Source: a virus. Taken from it: a stretch of DNA of 64,000 nucleotides. This document shows, piece after piece, positions 47,110 to 55,302 of the stretch. The position numbers and the translations under genes are program-made. How positions within the stretch are numbered: position 1 is the first letter of the stretch; each line of letters starts with the position of its first letter. Location of the stretch: the IMG/VR virus record IMGVR_UViG_3300043773_000921, positions 1 through 64,000 of that record, one strand, 5' to 3'. The notes under the pieces were generated by a model, which saw nothing but the letters and a program-made list of their open reading frames with translations, was not told the origin of the DNA and ran no database searches.

Positions 47110-47559
47110 ATGCGATATATTAACTTAAAAAAATACATTGAATCGGAGAAAACTGTCGATGACTTTATCGACTTTATGTACTATGTTAAGCTTGTTGGCT
47201 ACGAAGCTGTAACAGATGAAGCCTGGGAGATAAGCTCATTTAATATTATGCGGCACGATACTCCAGATTGTGTAATCAATGAAGTAGAGATGTGGTCACA
47301 GTCTTTTACATTTGACAAAGGTTACTTTGAAGTCATGACATACAAACCAAAAGACGGTCGTGATTATATGGCATGCTGGTATATGTTACGAGCAAACAAC
47401 ACAGTTTATGGATCTGCTGATTTTGTTGAGTTTCCCGGAGAACACAAAGAATGGTTTGTTAAAAACTTTTTACATTTTATAAAAGAATATTATGAGCAAA
47501 AGCCAGATGGAAAACCACAAGATGCTACAAACTTGGAAAGAAACATTAACTTATCTTGA
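47110..47559 (+). CDS. Hypothetical protein
   Basis: 149 aa ORF. Confidence 0.6.
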   Translation: MRYINLKKYIESEKTVDDFIDFMYYVKLVGYEAVTDEAWEISSFNIMRHDTPDCVINEVEMWSQSFTFDKGYFEVMTYKPKDGRDYMACWYMLRANNTVYGSADFVEFPGEHKEWFVKNFLHFIKEYYEQKPDGKPQDATNLERNINLS

Positions 47560-47725
47560 AGGTAAAATGCGCGGATTGCAAACTTTGATTGGTTTGATTA
47601 GCGATGATGCAGATAAAGTTATAGAACTTCACAAAGAAAAAGTAAGAAGAGATATTGATTTTGCTTACGATAAAGTAGAGCAATACACACAAGAGTTATT
47701 AAAAAATGAACGTAAGGAAGGGTAA
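47492..47725 (+). CDS. Small coiled-coil hypothetical protein
   Basis: 77 aa ORF. Confidence 0.55.
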   Translation: MSKSQMENHKMLQTWKETLTYLEGKMRGLQTLIGLISDDADKVIELHKEKVRRDIDFAYDKVEQYTQELLKNERKEG

Positions 47726-48245
47726 TGTCTATTGCGTAAAAGATTCAACAAGCTCTAAACAAAAGCTTGTCATTGCCACTGGTAAGAATAAGAAAGTGAG
47801 TAAAAGCAATAAAAGCGAAACAACTACTCTCTTTGAAAGCTTTCTTATATCTTACACTTATACAGATACTTTTGATACTAATAAGATAATGATTTCTTCC
47901 GGCCAGGAACATCTGTTTTCTAAAGATGATATTTTATACGAGTGTGGCACCAAAAAAGGCATAAGTAAGTTACTTGATAATCTTAACAAGGTATTGTCGG
48001 AAAACAACGAGCAATACTTTGAAATAGGTTCTGTGGTTTATTATGTTACTGAAATGACAGAAATATTATTGTACGAGGTTAAGCGATACAAGTATGAAAT
48101 ATTGGAAGAGCAAACTGATGTTTACCTAGTAAACCCTTTGAACAATAGTGATTACATTATCCTATGTGAATCAACCTGGAGGAATCCAATGCGTCTTAAC
48201 AAATCAATCAGCAATCTTAAAAAGTTATGGGAACATACAAAGTAA
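47706..48245 (+). CDS. Hypothetical protein
   Basis: 179 aa ORF. Confidence 0.6.
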   Translation: MNVRKGNVYCVKDSTSSKQKLVIATGKNKKVSKSNKSETTTLFESFLISYTYTDTFDTNKIMISSGQEHLFSKDDILYECGTKKGISKLLDNLNKVLSENNEQYFEIGSVVYYVTEMTEILLYEVKRYKYEILEEQTDVYLVNPLNNSDYIILCESTWRNPMRLNKSISNLKKLWEHTK

Positions 48246-48439
48246 AAGTTAGGTACACTTTCAATGTAGAATACACATTTGTAGGTCCCGAGTCATTAGA
48301 CGAAGCAAAAGAATGGGCAGAAAAACATGTCGCTATGTCTTCTTCGGGCCTAACAACATCATTGCCACATGATCAATGCGATTGGAAAAATAGTGTTTAT
48401 GCAGAAAAAACTATTGTTAGAGTAATAAAAGAAAAGTAA
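48227..48439 (+). CDS. Small hypothetical phage protein
   Basis: YKVKV...ESLDEAKE.A, a common phage motif. Confidence 0.6.
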   Translation: MGTYKVKVRYTFNVEYTFVGPESLDEAKEWAEKHVAMSSSGLTTSLPHDQCDWKNSVYAEKTIVRVIKEK

Positions 48440-48708
48440 TGCTAAAAATTAAAGCTGTAGAAATAAGCCTTTTAAAACCAGCTTATTTTGACGAGAGGTC
48501 TCTAATCAACAATATATCGGCGTTTCGACGTGATATGGAAGAGTCATCCGCTAACATTGGAGTGACTATTGAGGACATTTATCTTGACGAATCTACTGGA
48601 GATTTTGTGGTGAGATTTGAAATAACAGATAGTGAAGAGTTTGTTGGGCAATATAGATTAACAGCTTGGATGGGTAGGATTGCAAAGAAACACTTAAAGT
48701 ATGAGTAA
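48439..48708 (+). CDS. Hypothetical protein
   Basis: TAATG coupling, 89 aa. Confidence 0.6.
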   Translation: MLKIKAVEISLLKPAYFDERSLINNISAFRRDMEESSANIGVTIEDIYLDESTGDFVVRFEITDSEEFVGQYRLTAWMGRIAKKHLKYE

Positions 48709-49111
48709 GTTAGTAGCAAAAAGAGTTAAAGTAAAAGTTGAGCTAACAAAAGAAGAATATCAAATAAGAAAAGAGCATTACTACATGCTACTTACATCAT
48801 TAAACACTGTTAAATATTGTATTGCACAGATTGGTGTAGATACATTAAAACATGAGCATAAAATGATGTTCAAAAACATGCAGATGAATGCTACTTATTT
48901 CCTAGATAACATTTTTGCTAAAGCAACAAAACAACAAGACATTGATATTTTGCAGGACATATCGTTTAATAACGTAGCCGCTGCAACAACGGTATTTGGT
49001 TTGATATCCAAGATGCCACAAGAACAAATAGATTGGTTCACAGAAGAATGTGTTAAGCTGTCTTATGTAGCTTATAACAGACAAAATATGCAGAAAAATG
49101 AAAAGTTATAA
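48701..49111 (+). CDS. Hypothetical protein
   Basis: 136 aa ORF. Confidence 0.6.
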   Translation: MSKLVAKRVKVKVELTKEEYQIRKEHYYMLLTSLNTVKYCIAQIGVDTLKHEHKMMFKNMQMNATYFLDNIFAKATKQQDIDILQDISFNNVAAATTVFGLISKMPQEQIDWFTEECVKLSYVAYNRQNMQKNEKL

Positions 49112-49373
49112 ATCGGAAGCAATATTCTACAAAGAAGATGTAAACGGAGTAGAAAGAAAGATTAGTTTTGATTATCAATATCATCCATTTTGTAAAGGTT
49201 ATCGCGATAGTTTAGGCGTACCTGAAGAACCAGATGAAGAAGCATACTTTGAGATTCTTGACTTCTATGTAGATGGAGAGTACAAGACAGATCAAGAAGC
49301 AGAAAACATATTCGGAATGGACTGGGAGGCTATGGATGAATGGCTACAGGAAGCATTATTAGATGAACAATAA
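49098..49373 (+). CDS. Acidic hypothetical protein
   Basis: 91 aa. GYRDSLGVPEEPDEE motif. Confidence 0.6.
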   Translation: MKSYKSEAIFYKEDVNGVERKISFDYQYHPFCKGYRDSLGVPEEPDEEAYFEILDFYVDGEYKTDQEAENIFGMDWEAMDEWLQEALLDEQ

Positions 49374-49384
49374 AACTATTAGTT

Positions 49385-49609
49385 ATGCCTAAACAAACAG
49401 CAGTAGAATGGCTAGCTGCCCATCTTAATGCAGACTCATTTATATCTACATACGTTAATCCGGAGATGATAAATAGAGCTATTGAAATGGAAAAAGAGCA
49501 GATAGAAGACGCTTTTAATGCCGGTGTTAATAGCGAAGACTATTTTTATCCACCTTTTGAACTTTCAGAAAGTGATTATTATTACAATCAAACGTATAAA
49601 AAGCCTTAA
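49385..49609 (+). CDS. Small protein of the QTAVEWL...MEKEQI family (recalled from freshwater Bacteroidota phages)
   Basis: KQTAVEWL, AIEMEKEQIEDAF, YYNQTYK. Confidence 0.65.
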   Translation: MPKQTAVEWLAAHLNADSFISTYVNPEMINRAIEMEKEQIEDAFNAGVNSEDYFYPPFELSESDYYYNQTYKKP

Positions 49610-49616
49610 CGATACT

Positions 49617-49688
49617 TGGTTTTGGTAGTTCCAGAAGGGCAGGCCGCTAAACAAAAACCACCTGACAGCTGGAAAGACAGCATTTTTT
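49617..49688 (+). ncRNA. Candidate small structured RNA (C4-antisense-like 3' hairpin)
   Basis: TGGTTTTGGT...ACAAAAACCA stem, then CTGACA-GCTG-GAAAGA-CAGC and a T tract. Intergenic. Confidence 0.4.
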
Positions 49689-49708
49689 AACTTTAAGACA
49701 AACACACA

Positions 49709-49894
49709 ATGGAAGAACTAACAATTGAAATGGCAAACCAAATGCCTTACATTGATTGGGTTAAACATTTTAGGCCCGAATGGACAGATGAGCAATGTGA
49801 GTTCTATATTTGGGAGTATACTTGTTTTCCATTTGTAATTAAAAAGGTAATTAAGCAACTTAATGAGCAACTTAATGAGCAACTTGAAGACTAA
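49709..49894 (+). CDS. Hypothetical protein
   Basis: 61 aa. DEQCEFYIWEYTCFPF motif. Confidence 0.6.
   Translation: MEELTIEMANQMPYIDWVKHFRPEWTDEQCEFYIWEYTCFPFVIKKVIKQLNEQLNEQLED
49854..49885 (+). repeat. 12-bp tandem repeat, about 2.7 copies
   Basis: AGCAACTTAATG-AGCAACTTAATG-AGCAACTT. Confidence 0.85.
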
Positions 49895-50153
49895 ATACAA
49901 AAACATTGTAGAAGCATATATGGATGCGTTCTGCGAAAAACAAGACATGATTCTAGAGTCATGGGTAGCTAATGAAATCGGTACAATAGCATGCTTTGGC
50001 GATGTTATGTATTTTGGATTTGATGACATACGTTATGACGTAGATACTAAGCAACCGGCAGGAAGAATACTTGATTGGCTTTACAATACTATTGATCATC
50101 CCGAAACTCACATGAACTACAAAAATTGGTGTAAAAGCTTTAAATACAATTAA
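49863..50153 (+). CDS. Hypothetical protein
   Basis: FCEKQD...FDDIRYD.D...I..W...NYK.W conserved phage pattern. Start is 49863 or 49875. Confidence 0.65.
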   Translation: MSNLMSNLKTKYKNIVEAYMDAFCEKQDMILESWVANEIGTIACFGDVMYFGFDDIRYDVDTKQPAGRILDWLYNTIDHPETHMNYKNWCKSFKYN

Positions 50154-50156
50154 AAT

Positions 50157-50573
50157 ATGATAGAAGTACGCAGAAAAACTTACACATTGCTACTTAGTTT
50201 TAATCCTTGTGAAATCTTTGACTACTATGGTGAAAGAGAGATGCACGGTTTGAAATATGACGAATGTGTAATGCACAAAAACAACAAACAGCAGGCATAC
50301 ATTGCAGGCTTTTCTAACTATGTTCCTGTACATTTAACAGAAGCAGAAAAAGATGATTTTGAGTACGAGCATGGTGATGATTTCTTTGTCTTTATTAATC
50401 TTAGCAGATGTAATAGTACAGTTGAAACTGTAAGACTTATCTTTCATGAACTAATGCACAGATCATTTGAACTACATGACTGGGATATTAATAAGGAAGA
50501 AGAGATTATTACTTGGGCAGACGAAGAAACAGAGGAAGTATTCAAGATTGTAAAAGAAAACCTAAAGCTATGA
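50157..50573 (+). CDS. Small zincin-like metallopeptidase
   Basis: IFHELMH (HExxH) with a downstream EEE. Confidence 0.6.
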   Translation: MIEVRRKTYTLLLSFNPCEIFDYYGEREMHGLKYDECVMHKNNKQQAYIAGFSNYVPVHLTEAEKDDFEYEHGDDFFVFINLSRCNSTVETVRLIFHELMHRSFELHDWDINKEEEIITWADEETEEVFKIVKENLKL

Positions 50574-51433
50574 TTACAAAAGTAGTTAGAAAAGCATTAG
50601 ATATAAAACCATCTGGAAGGAGTAGTGATTTCATTACTCCTTCTTTCATTCATGGGTGTTTATATAAGTGCCATTATTGTTACATGCGCCGTAATAAACC
50701 AGAAGGATTGTCTGTGGCTACCAACGTAGATGAAATACTAGATGTAATTAACAAGCATGCTTTATTTACTCCAGTTACAAAGCCTAACCAGACGCATCCA
50801 GTGTACATCACCTACGATATTTCTTGCAACGAAGACTTTGCCTTGCACTTGAAGTATCACGAATGGCAGAAGATATTTGATTTCTTTGTAGAGCATCCTA
50901 TTGCCATGGCTACATTTGCTACAAAGTATGTAAATCAAAAGCTGCTAGAATACAATCCAAATAGAAAGATACGGATTAGGTTTTCTCTAATGCCTCAATC
51001 ACTATCCAACATATTAGAGCCAGACACATCAAGGATTATAGACCGCATTAAGGCTATCAATGATTTTTATGCTGCAGGCTATGACGTTCACATTAACTTT
51101 AGCCCTATACTGGCATTGGCAGAATCAAAAGCTTTATACACAGAGCTGTTTGAACAAGTCAATGACATTGTAGATGATGAAATAAAAAAGCACGTTCTCG
51201 CAGAATGTATCATGCTAACTCATAACGAGAAAATGCATATACATAACTTAGGGAACGCGCCGGCTGACGTGGAAAATCTATTATGGAATCCAGAATGGCA
51301 AGAGAATAAAACTAGTTCTTTTGGGTCTGAGAATATCAGGTATCGTCACGACTTGAAAGCAAAACTTGTCAATCGTTTTGTATCTTTACATGATAGCATC
51401 ATCCCTTGGAACAAAATACGCTACATCTTTTAA
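50570..51433 (+). CDS. Spore photoproduct lyase-family radical SAM protein
   Basis: S.DFITPS..GCLYKCHYCY (CxxxCxxC), SCNED, FATKYVN, RIRFSLMP, LEP.TS.I..RI.AIN.F..AGY.VH.NFSP. Start reassigned to ATG 50570. Confidence 0.85.
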   Translation: MITKVVRKALDIKPSGRSSDFITPSFIHGCLYKCHYCYMRRNKPEGLSVATNVDEILDVINKHALFTPVTKPNQTHPVYITYDISCNEDFALHLKYHEWQKIFDFFVEHPIAMATFATKYVNQKLLEYNPNRKIRIRFSLMPQSLSNILEPDTSRIIDRIKAINDFYAAGYDVHINFSPILALAESKALYTELFEQVNDIVDDEIKKHVLAECIMLTHNEKMHIHNLGNAPADVENLLWNPEWQENKTSSFGSENIRYRHDLKAKLVNRFVSLHDSIIPWNKIRYIF

Positions 51434-51439
51434 ACATCA

Positions 51440-52387
51440 CTACAAAGATAGAATCATTTCAATCATACGAGGGTCCGGGTATATATCGTTTTTACCTTGA
51501 AACACATTGCCATGGGTGTATATGCCCGGCACTCTGTTTGCGTAATCGAGTATGTACCCGAATGCCTTTTCTACTCCATACTTTCTGATATGCTCGGCAA
51601 GTCCGGCTTTTACATTCATTCCATATTCATCGCGACAATGCTCTGCTATTATTCTACATTGCTCTATCTGTTTGTCGGAATACTTATGGAAATACCTATG
51701 GAATCTATATGTCCATCCCAAATCATAAACTTGTGATTCAGACACTACATTGCCATAAGCAGTATAGTAAGAGTTTGTTTGTCCTGCTATCCAAGTATGC
51801 TTTCCATTTACTATTGTATAGTACCCACCTTTTGTCAGTCCTCCCATACTACATATCTCTACACCAATAGACTCTCTGTGTAGCGGAGTATTACCTACTG
51901 ACGCATGCCAGGCATATGATCCTTTTGGCATACAACGGACAGTTATCCCATCATGTCCGTTATCTCTCCCACTAATATGAACACCACCAACTACAAACTC
52001 GGTAGCAATAGAGTTTGAATCATTACTCCAAAAATCTACTGTAGCTTTTGGATTATCCCATCCGGCAGTATGATGAAACATCAACCATTTCTTTTGGAAA
52101 GGGCCTGGATAATAGTTTGGAATCCATTTGTCTTTTTCCTGCTTACCTTTTGTTAGCATGTATTCAACAAACTCAGTTTCTTTACCAACACTAGTATCAC
52201 CTGTACCTTGTAATGCTGCCCAAGTAATAGGTCCTACAATACCATCGGCAATAAGACCGTATTGTTTTTGAAATGATATTACTGCATCGTGTGTATCAGC
52301 GCCAAAGAATCCATCTACGGCAATTTCTAGTATTTTTTGAAGCGTTATAACATCTTGTCCTTCGCTTCCTATTTTTATTGTTGTCAT
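51440..52387 (-). CDS. Endolysin: PG-binding domain + N-acetylmuramoyl-L-alanine amidase
   Basis: DGFFG..T..AV..FQ...GL.ADGIVGP.TW.AL (PG_binding_1), then FHHTAG, AWH, SIGVEIC, TH..V..GK.D. Confidence 0.9.
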   Translation of the reverse strand: MTTIKIGSEGQDVITLQKILEIAVDGFFGADTHDAVISFQKQYGLIADGIVGPITWAALQGTGDTSVGKETEFVEYMLTKGKQEKDKWIPNYYPGPFQKKWLMFHHTAGWDNPKATVDFWSNDSNSIATEFVVGGVHISGRDNGHDGITVRCMPKGSYAWHASVGNTPLHRESIGVEICSMGGLTKGGYYTIVNGKHTWIAGQTNSYYTAYGNVVSESQVYDLGWTYRFHRYFHKYSDKQIEQCRIIAEHCRDEYGMNVKAGLAEHIRKYGVEKAFGYILDYANRVPGIYTHGNVFQGKNDIYPDPRMIEMILSL

Positions 52388-53538
52388 TATTTTACGCGCA
52401 TTTTAAGAAAGAAATTAGTGTATCTAGGAGTTACTGATGTAGCAATGTTCCATACTGGATCTGGCGATATTTCTCCCCATGAATCAGTAGTTCCTGTTAC
52501 TGTATGTGTGTGAGTCCCAGCATTATTAGTGTTTGTAGTGTTTGGCGTTCCTCCATCTCCATCACTTTCAATAAAACTACCAGTTCCAGGACCTGGATAA
52601 ACATTTACAACGTGATTATGATCTCCACTTGGTAATGTAGTAGCAGAAAAAGTATGAGTATGATCTGGAATATCTAAATCTCCTAATGTTCTTGTTGCTT
52701 GACCGCCATTTAATGTAAAAAGTAATCCACCTTGTGTTTGCTTTGCTCTAAAATAGTTTTCCTGCTGTACTAAATCAGGTATCTTAAAATAGCCAGGTGC
52801 AGCAGCTCCGTAAGTATTTGTAAATAAAGCGTACAATTGTAGATGGTCTGCTATTAAAAGGTCTTGTCCTAATGGTTCTGCCCAGTTAGTTCCCCAATAA
52901 CTAGGCGGAGTAACAGTTAAAATAACATCGCCTAATGCTACTTGTGTATCTTGCGAATTACATAAAGCATCTGCAAGTTCTATTATTTTTACATTTGCAT
53001 TATGTATTGCATTTTCCAATGTTTGCAATTGTACGTTTAATGGCGTTGTTGCTGGATTATTAACTACTATTTCAGACAAATTACATATTCCTACACCATC
53101 TACTATTCTTGTATCGTAATCTTGATGTAGTTCTACGGTTTGTGTTGTTTCAACTGGATCTACTGGAAATTGTACAGTTGCTCTCCAGTCTTCAATACCT
53201 ACACCTGTATCTGTGTTAGTTGCACCGCCTCTTGGTACTTTAGTCCAGGTTATTGATGGGCTATCAAGTATTTTTGGTATCTGTGCTGGTCGAACAAATG
53301 ATGTAAATCCTAATGGAGATACACCGGCCGCATCTACATTAACACCAGTATTTATCTTTGCATCAGTTGTAGTCTTTGCAATACCGGCTCTTGTAAGCTG
53401 TGCGCGGTCTGTTATTTCTTTTATAAATGGTACTGAATCGCACCAGTCAGACATTGTTTGCTCTGTTGGTATGTCTTGAGAGTTAAACCTATCTGCGTTT
53501 CCTGCGTCGAAAAAATAAGTTCTTTGTCGTAATGCCAT
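52387..53538 (-). CDS. Tail fibre with tail-collar domain and His-x-His metal-binding needle
   Basis: GDVI...W....GQ.L.....LY....TYG....F.IPDL...F.R collar motif, plus HTH, HNH and HTHT motifs. Confidence 0.8.
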   Translation of the reverse strand: MALRQRTYFFDAGNADRFNSQDIPTEQTMSDWCDSVPFIKEITDRAQLTRAGIAKTTTDAKINTGVNVDAAGVSPLGFTSFVRPAQIPKILDSPSITWTKVPRGGATNTDTGVGIEDWRATVQFPVDPVETTQTVELHQDYDTRIVDGVGICNLSEIVVNNPATTPLNVQLQTLENAIHNANVKIIELADALCNSQDTQVALGDVILTVTPPSYWGTNWAEPLGQDLLIADHLQLYALFTNTYGAAAPGYFKIPDLVQQENYFRAKQTQGGLLFTLNGGQATRTLGDLDIPDHTHTFSATTLPSGDHNHVVNVYPGPGTGSFIESDGDGGTPNTTNTNNAGTHTHTVTGTTDSWGEISPDPVWNIATSVTPRYTNFFLKMRVK

Positions 53539-53554
53539 GGCTTTATATTTTTAG

Positions 53555-54022
53555 TTATACGAAATCAGTTCCATAAGGTTTATCAATTTGAAATAGTCTA
53601 TTGTCGCAAGGTGGATTACCACTTTCAATGTGCATGTAATCAATACCATCTGGCTTACCTTCCAATGGCAGTACACCAAACTTTCTTAGTATTGTTCTGA
53701 TGTCTATGCCTTGGCAATGAAAGTGCTTTACTATGCAGTCTACAAACTTTTCATCTACAAAGTTACCCGGGTATTTCCACTCAGGGCAATTGTTTTCATC
53801 GTATGTAAGGTTATATGTGTTATGCTCCATTGCTTTCCACTCTAACATAGCAAGAAACAAATATAGCACTCCCATATCTTGAAGCATTAGCATCTGTTTG
53901 CCATTACTGGTTATGCCCCATTTACCAAGTTCGTAGTAGGAACATGCCCAGTTTTGTGTTACTTTGTTGGCAATCTCATATACATTGCCTACTCGTCTAT
54001 CGAAGTCTGTTATTACTTGCAT
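53555..54022 (-). CDS. Tail hub/fibre-base protein (crAss type)
   Basis: C-terminal GIDYMHIE..FQI motif recalled from crAss-like tail genes. Cys-containing. Confidence 0.5.
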   Translation of the reverse strand: MQVITDFDRRVGNVYEIANKVTQNWACSYYELGKWGITSNGKQMLMLQDMGVLYLFLAMLEWKAMEHNTYNLTYDENNCPEWKYPGNFVDEKFVDCIVKHFHCQGIDIRTILRKFGVLPLEGKPDGIDYMHIESGNPPCDNRLFQIDKPYGTDFV

Positions 54023-55299
54023 CCGCAGGGAGTTGATGGGTTAGAAGGAGAAGGTGCATAGCTATATCCGTTACATGGTTGGCAGTCGCCGCAGTTATCC
54101 GGGCATCCACATCCGCAGTCAAAGCCACAGTTTTTAACATAGTCGCGCATCTTTTTGTAAAGCTCTAATATGTTATTGACATTGCATAGTCTTTGGTCCG
54201 ATATATCCCAGTTTCCAAGATACCAAAGTCTGTCTGTTGTTACTAATGGCATTAGCGCGTGAAAGAACATAGTGCTTAGTTCTACTGCCTTGCGCCTTGC
54301 TTCTTCGTAAGATTCTCCAGCGGCCGTACATTTGTCAGCGCATGGGTCTTGGCATAGCCAACGATTCATTAACCGAGATAGGCAAGCATACAAATCACAG
54401 AACTCGTAAATGTAATCGCATTGTGTTTCGCCCGGGCCTAACTCTACAGCAGTAAGTTCTATGTCGTCACAAACTATTTCAGGGCTTGGATTTGTTATAT
54501 AAATCTTTAAAGACAAAATATCTGCTACTGAATAACCATTATTTCCTAAAAATGTGTTAATAGTTGTTTCTGCCTCAGTTGTTCCTTGTACGGTTGACAT
54601 ATTCCATACAGTATTTACAGGTACTACTTCAAAACCATCTATTATAAGTGATGATACGTATTGCTTGTTTTCGTCAAATACATATTCATAAGCGCAATAC
54701 AAATTTGCATCAGATGTATTTTCAAGTTGACCTGGAGGATAGCTTTCATTTACAGATGCTAAGTAAACATCATTTGCTTGAACTACAAGTTGATATGCAT
54801 TATTATTAGCTGGAACATTTGGTAAAGAACTACCAGGAGCAAGCATTGTAACTGTTCCACCACCATTTGCCGTAACATATCCTTGCAAATCATCAACAAA
54901 ATCTTGATAGGATGCAGGCACAGAATTAAATAAACCTGGAGTAGGAATAAATACAGTATAACTTGTATCATAAAATCTTACTGAAACTAGATTTAATCCA
55001 GGTGTTGATGAAGTTAAAAATCCTATAACAGACAACCTACCATTTGTTGTTTCTAGTTCTTCTGGATTAAGTGGTAAATCAAATGCATAGGCACATAACT
55101 TAAACACACCATCGCCAGGCAAAATTATAGTGTTTATCCCATCAGGAGCAAGATTAAATGTTTCTGTATACGTACCAGTTTCATCTGTTATGACTACGTT
55201 GGCATTATAAACACTTGATATGTTTGATATGGTATACTGGTTACATTCCGTCTTGTCCCAGCGTATAGCATAGTTTTCGTTTGAGATTAAAGTTGGCAT
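54013..55299 (-). CDS. Tail hub-like structural protein with Cys-rich C-terminus
   Basis: CDLYACL...CQDPCADKC and a terminal CGFDCGCGCPDNCGDCQPC...PCGCK. Confidence 0.6.
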   Translation of the reverse strand: MPTLISNENYAIRWDKTECNQYTISNISSVYNANVVITDETGTYTETFNLAPDGINTIILPGDGVFKLCAYAFDLPLNPEELETTNGRLSVIGFLTSSTPGLNLVSVRFYDTSYTVFIPTPGLFNSVPASYQDFVDDLQGYVTANGGGTVTMLAPGSSLPNVPANNNAYQLVVQANDVYLASVNESYPPGQLENTSDANLYCAYEYVFDENKQYVSSLIIDGFEVVPVNTVWNMSTVQGTTEAETTINTFLGNNGYSVADILSLKIYITNPSPEIVCDDIELTAVELGPGETQCDYIYEFCDLYACLSRLMNRWLCQDPCADKCTAAGESYEEARRKAVELSTMFFHALMPLVTTDRLWYLGNWDISDQRLCNVNNILELYKKMRDYVKNCGFDCGCGCPDNCGDCQPCNGYSYAPSPSNPSTPCGCK

Positions 55300-55302
55300 A
55301 TT

